From Methanotrichaceae archaeon (lineage in GTDB: Archaea; Halobacteriota; Methanosarcinia; Methanotrichales; Methanotrichaceae), in NCBI GenBank assembly GCA_963748825.1, contig CAVVKN010000009.1, positions 1 through 64,000 on the forward strand: a stretch of 64,000 bases of DNA. The letters run 5' to 3'. The notes below the pieces were generated by a model. It worked only from the letters and a program-made list of their open reading frames with translations. It ran no database searches and was not told the DNA's origin. Every line of letters begins with the position of its first letter. Within the stretch, counting starts at the first letter, position 1. A program made the position numbers and the translations under genes. Positions 62,198 through 64,000 of the stretch are shown in pieces.

Positions 62198-63298
62198 TTA
62201 TACTTTATTGTATTTACAATAATCGCACTCAGATGGCCATGTTACGGTTACCTCCGGAATTGGCACGACGGTTACTGTCATGCTGCAACGGCTGATCTCT
62301 CTTGGAGGATTCTCTGTCGTGGCTACAATAACCTGCAAGTCGTGCAAACCCGGGGCGTAGTCCCTCCAATTAATATCGATGCTCTTTCCGCCATCTTGCG
62401 ACGCCCCTTCCATCTCCTGCCCATCCAGCTTCCAGCTATAAGCATGGGTCGAAGGATCGTCGATTTTGGCGGAATAGGTCTCAATTTTATTCGAGCAGGT
62501 AGTAGACAGACCATTGATGTCGCACCCAGTTACTGTATAGTTGCCAGGGTTTGCATAGCTATGAGACGGATTGTGCTCGCTTCTGTAAATACCGTCGCCG
62601 AAGTCCCAGTAGTGCAAATAAGGCTTCAGACTACCCCTAGTTCTGTCAGAGAAGTTGATGAGCCCGGCAGAACACGCCGGCGAATCGAAGAGAAAGCTTG
62701 GGGCCAGAGGAGTCTCTACTAGATACCCTGTCCCGGAATCGTCGTAGTACTGGGAGTTACGATTAGCGCATTTGCGATTGCCGTCACCGCAGCCAGTTCC
62801 TTTGGTCGTCTCCCAGCTCAGGATGAGTCTGGAGAGCTTCACTTCATCTCCACAGTTCCATACAAGTCTGTATACGGGAAATGATTGGTTGGATTTTGGA
62901 GGAATTGAGTCCGTAATGCACAGGCCATTGTCATATGTAGATTGATTCAGGATTCCGTTTATGTACAGATCTGCTAGGAGGATGATTGCGTACCTTGGCG
63001 ATTTGGCATTGTTGCGGAATTCTGCCCAAAGATCTGCCTCTTGCCTTTCACCAGGGGTACAGGCTGAAAGCTCCTTGCCCATGTCATCCCCCAGCCATAG
63101 CCTCGATATGGTTACATCATCGGCTTGGCACTGGAAATTGCAGTGAGGCCAGTCGTCTGAAGATGCAACAGGCAGGAGCAGAACTAGGACGACAAGGTAG
63201 CCGATTTTAATCCGTATGAGGGCCCTGGCGAACCCGTGAAAAATAATCCGAGTCATCATCGTATATTTTTTTATATTGTTAATCGTTCTATATATCAT
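62198..63298 (-). CDS. Secreted PKD-domain protein
   Basis: Signal-like segment; YWDFGDG...NPSHSYANPGNYTVT PKD motif. Confidence 0.75.
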   Translation of the reverse strand: MIYRTINNIKKYTMMTRIIFHGFARALIRIKIGYLVVLVLLLPVASSDDWPHCNFQCQADDVTISRLWLGDDMGKELSACTPGERQEADLWAEFRNNAKSPRYAIILLADLYINGILNQSTYDNGLCITDSIPPKSNQSFPVYRLVWNCGDEVKLSRLILSWETTKGTGCGDGNRKCANRNSQYYDDSGTGYLVETPLAPSFLFDSPACSAGLINFSDRTRGSLKPYLHYWDFGDGIYRSEHNPSHSYANPGNYTVTGCDINGLSTTCSNKIETYSAKIDDPSTHAYSWKLDGQEMEGASQDGGKSIDINWRDYAPGLHDLQVIVATTENPPREISRCSMTVTVVPIPEVTVTWPSECDYCKYNKV

Positions 63299-63474
63299 TT
63301 TTGTGTTGCACTCTAAATCTTGCGATTTATCTATTTATTTATAAAATGCAATAAATTAAATATTACCTAGGCTTTCGGTTCATCATAGATTTTTAGCAGG
63401 TCCAGAGGATAAGGAGAACCGATCTCTAGGCCAAAAAGTTGGAGAGCATCGCGGATGAGGATGCTCTGCCCAAC

Positions 63475-64000
63475 TTAAGCGATTGTTATTGTTGTAACCG
63501 GTATCGGCACCACTTGCACAGGGAAGGTCGGTGAGGTGGAGACCATATTGTCTGCTTTGTCCCTGACTACGGCCACTAGATTTTTAGTGGTAGCCACGGT
63601 GATGCCGCTAGCGAAATCCGCCCAGGTTATAGCGATTGGGTTCTTCTTTGCATCCAGCGGCTTGCCATCTAAGGACCACTCTATGGTTTGTCCAGCAGTC
63701 AAATCTGGCGCTATCGAGTATGGCTCATTCACTGCGGTCACACATACCGATTTCTTTCCGGATATGGCAATTGGCATATTCACAGCTACGTTTATGACCC
63801 GCGAATTGGTGCAGCTCCCTTCAACTGTACTCTTAACCAGAAGCGTCACAGTGTACAAAGGTGCAGGATTTGTTTTGGGGACTGTGAAGCTAAAAGTCTG
63901 GGCGGTAGGGCCGGTTGGCGCCGGGCTGACGGAAGGACTCAATGTCCAGGTGTAAGCATAACTGCCAGCGGGACCGGTTATCTTGACGACCTCACCCGGA
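63475..64000 (-). CDS. PKD/Ig-like surface protein, 5' end outside window
   Basis: Thr/Val/Pro-rich beta-sandwich sequence; WSLDG and VVPIP motifs shared with the neighbouring gene. Confidence 0.65.
   Translation of the reverse strand, partial: PGEVVKITGPAGSYAYTWTLSPSVSPAPTGPTAQTFSFTVPKTNPAPLYTVTLLVKSTVEGSCTNSRVINVAVNMPIAISGKKSVCVTAVNEPYSIAPDLTAGQTIEWSLDGKPLDAKKNPIAITWADFASGITVATTKNLVAVVRDKADNMVSTSPTFPVQVVPIPVTTITIA

Overview
Archaeal chromosomal window, most consistent with a Methanothrix/Methanotrichaceae-like methanogen (mch, TFB, Alba, aRF1, exosome Csl4, L7Ae/S28e/L24e-ndk-aIF5B operon, archaeal RNase P RNA, DUF11/PKD surface proteins); the taxonomy is inferred. The main accessory feature is a ~13 kb gas-vesicle region (14.5-27.3 kb). 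Its minus-strand operon has six tandem gvpA copies, a GvpC-position repeat protein carrying a SAP/HeH-like domain, gvpN/O/F/G/J/H-like/K/L/M and several unassigned ORFs. Divergent from it is a putative regulatory operon: receiver, PAS histidine kinase, DUF835-like protein with an 8-Cys insert, PadR (GvpE-like) regulator and KaiC-like (GvpD-like) ATPase. The region is bracketed by a REP-like ACAGAG repeat cluster and a 117-bp MITE. Other notable items: a TnpB-only IS200/IS605 element inserted just before the alba stop codon, a Cys-rich AbrB regulator with arsM behind a phased 9-bp repeat array, two probable CTG starts, an unannotated 35-aa membrane protein and a candidate ncRNA. The many single-base frameshifts near both window ends (and a few internal ones) are most likely sequencing/consensus errors. 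All product calls come from motif recognition, not database searches.
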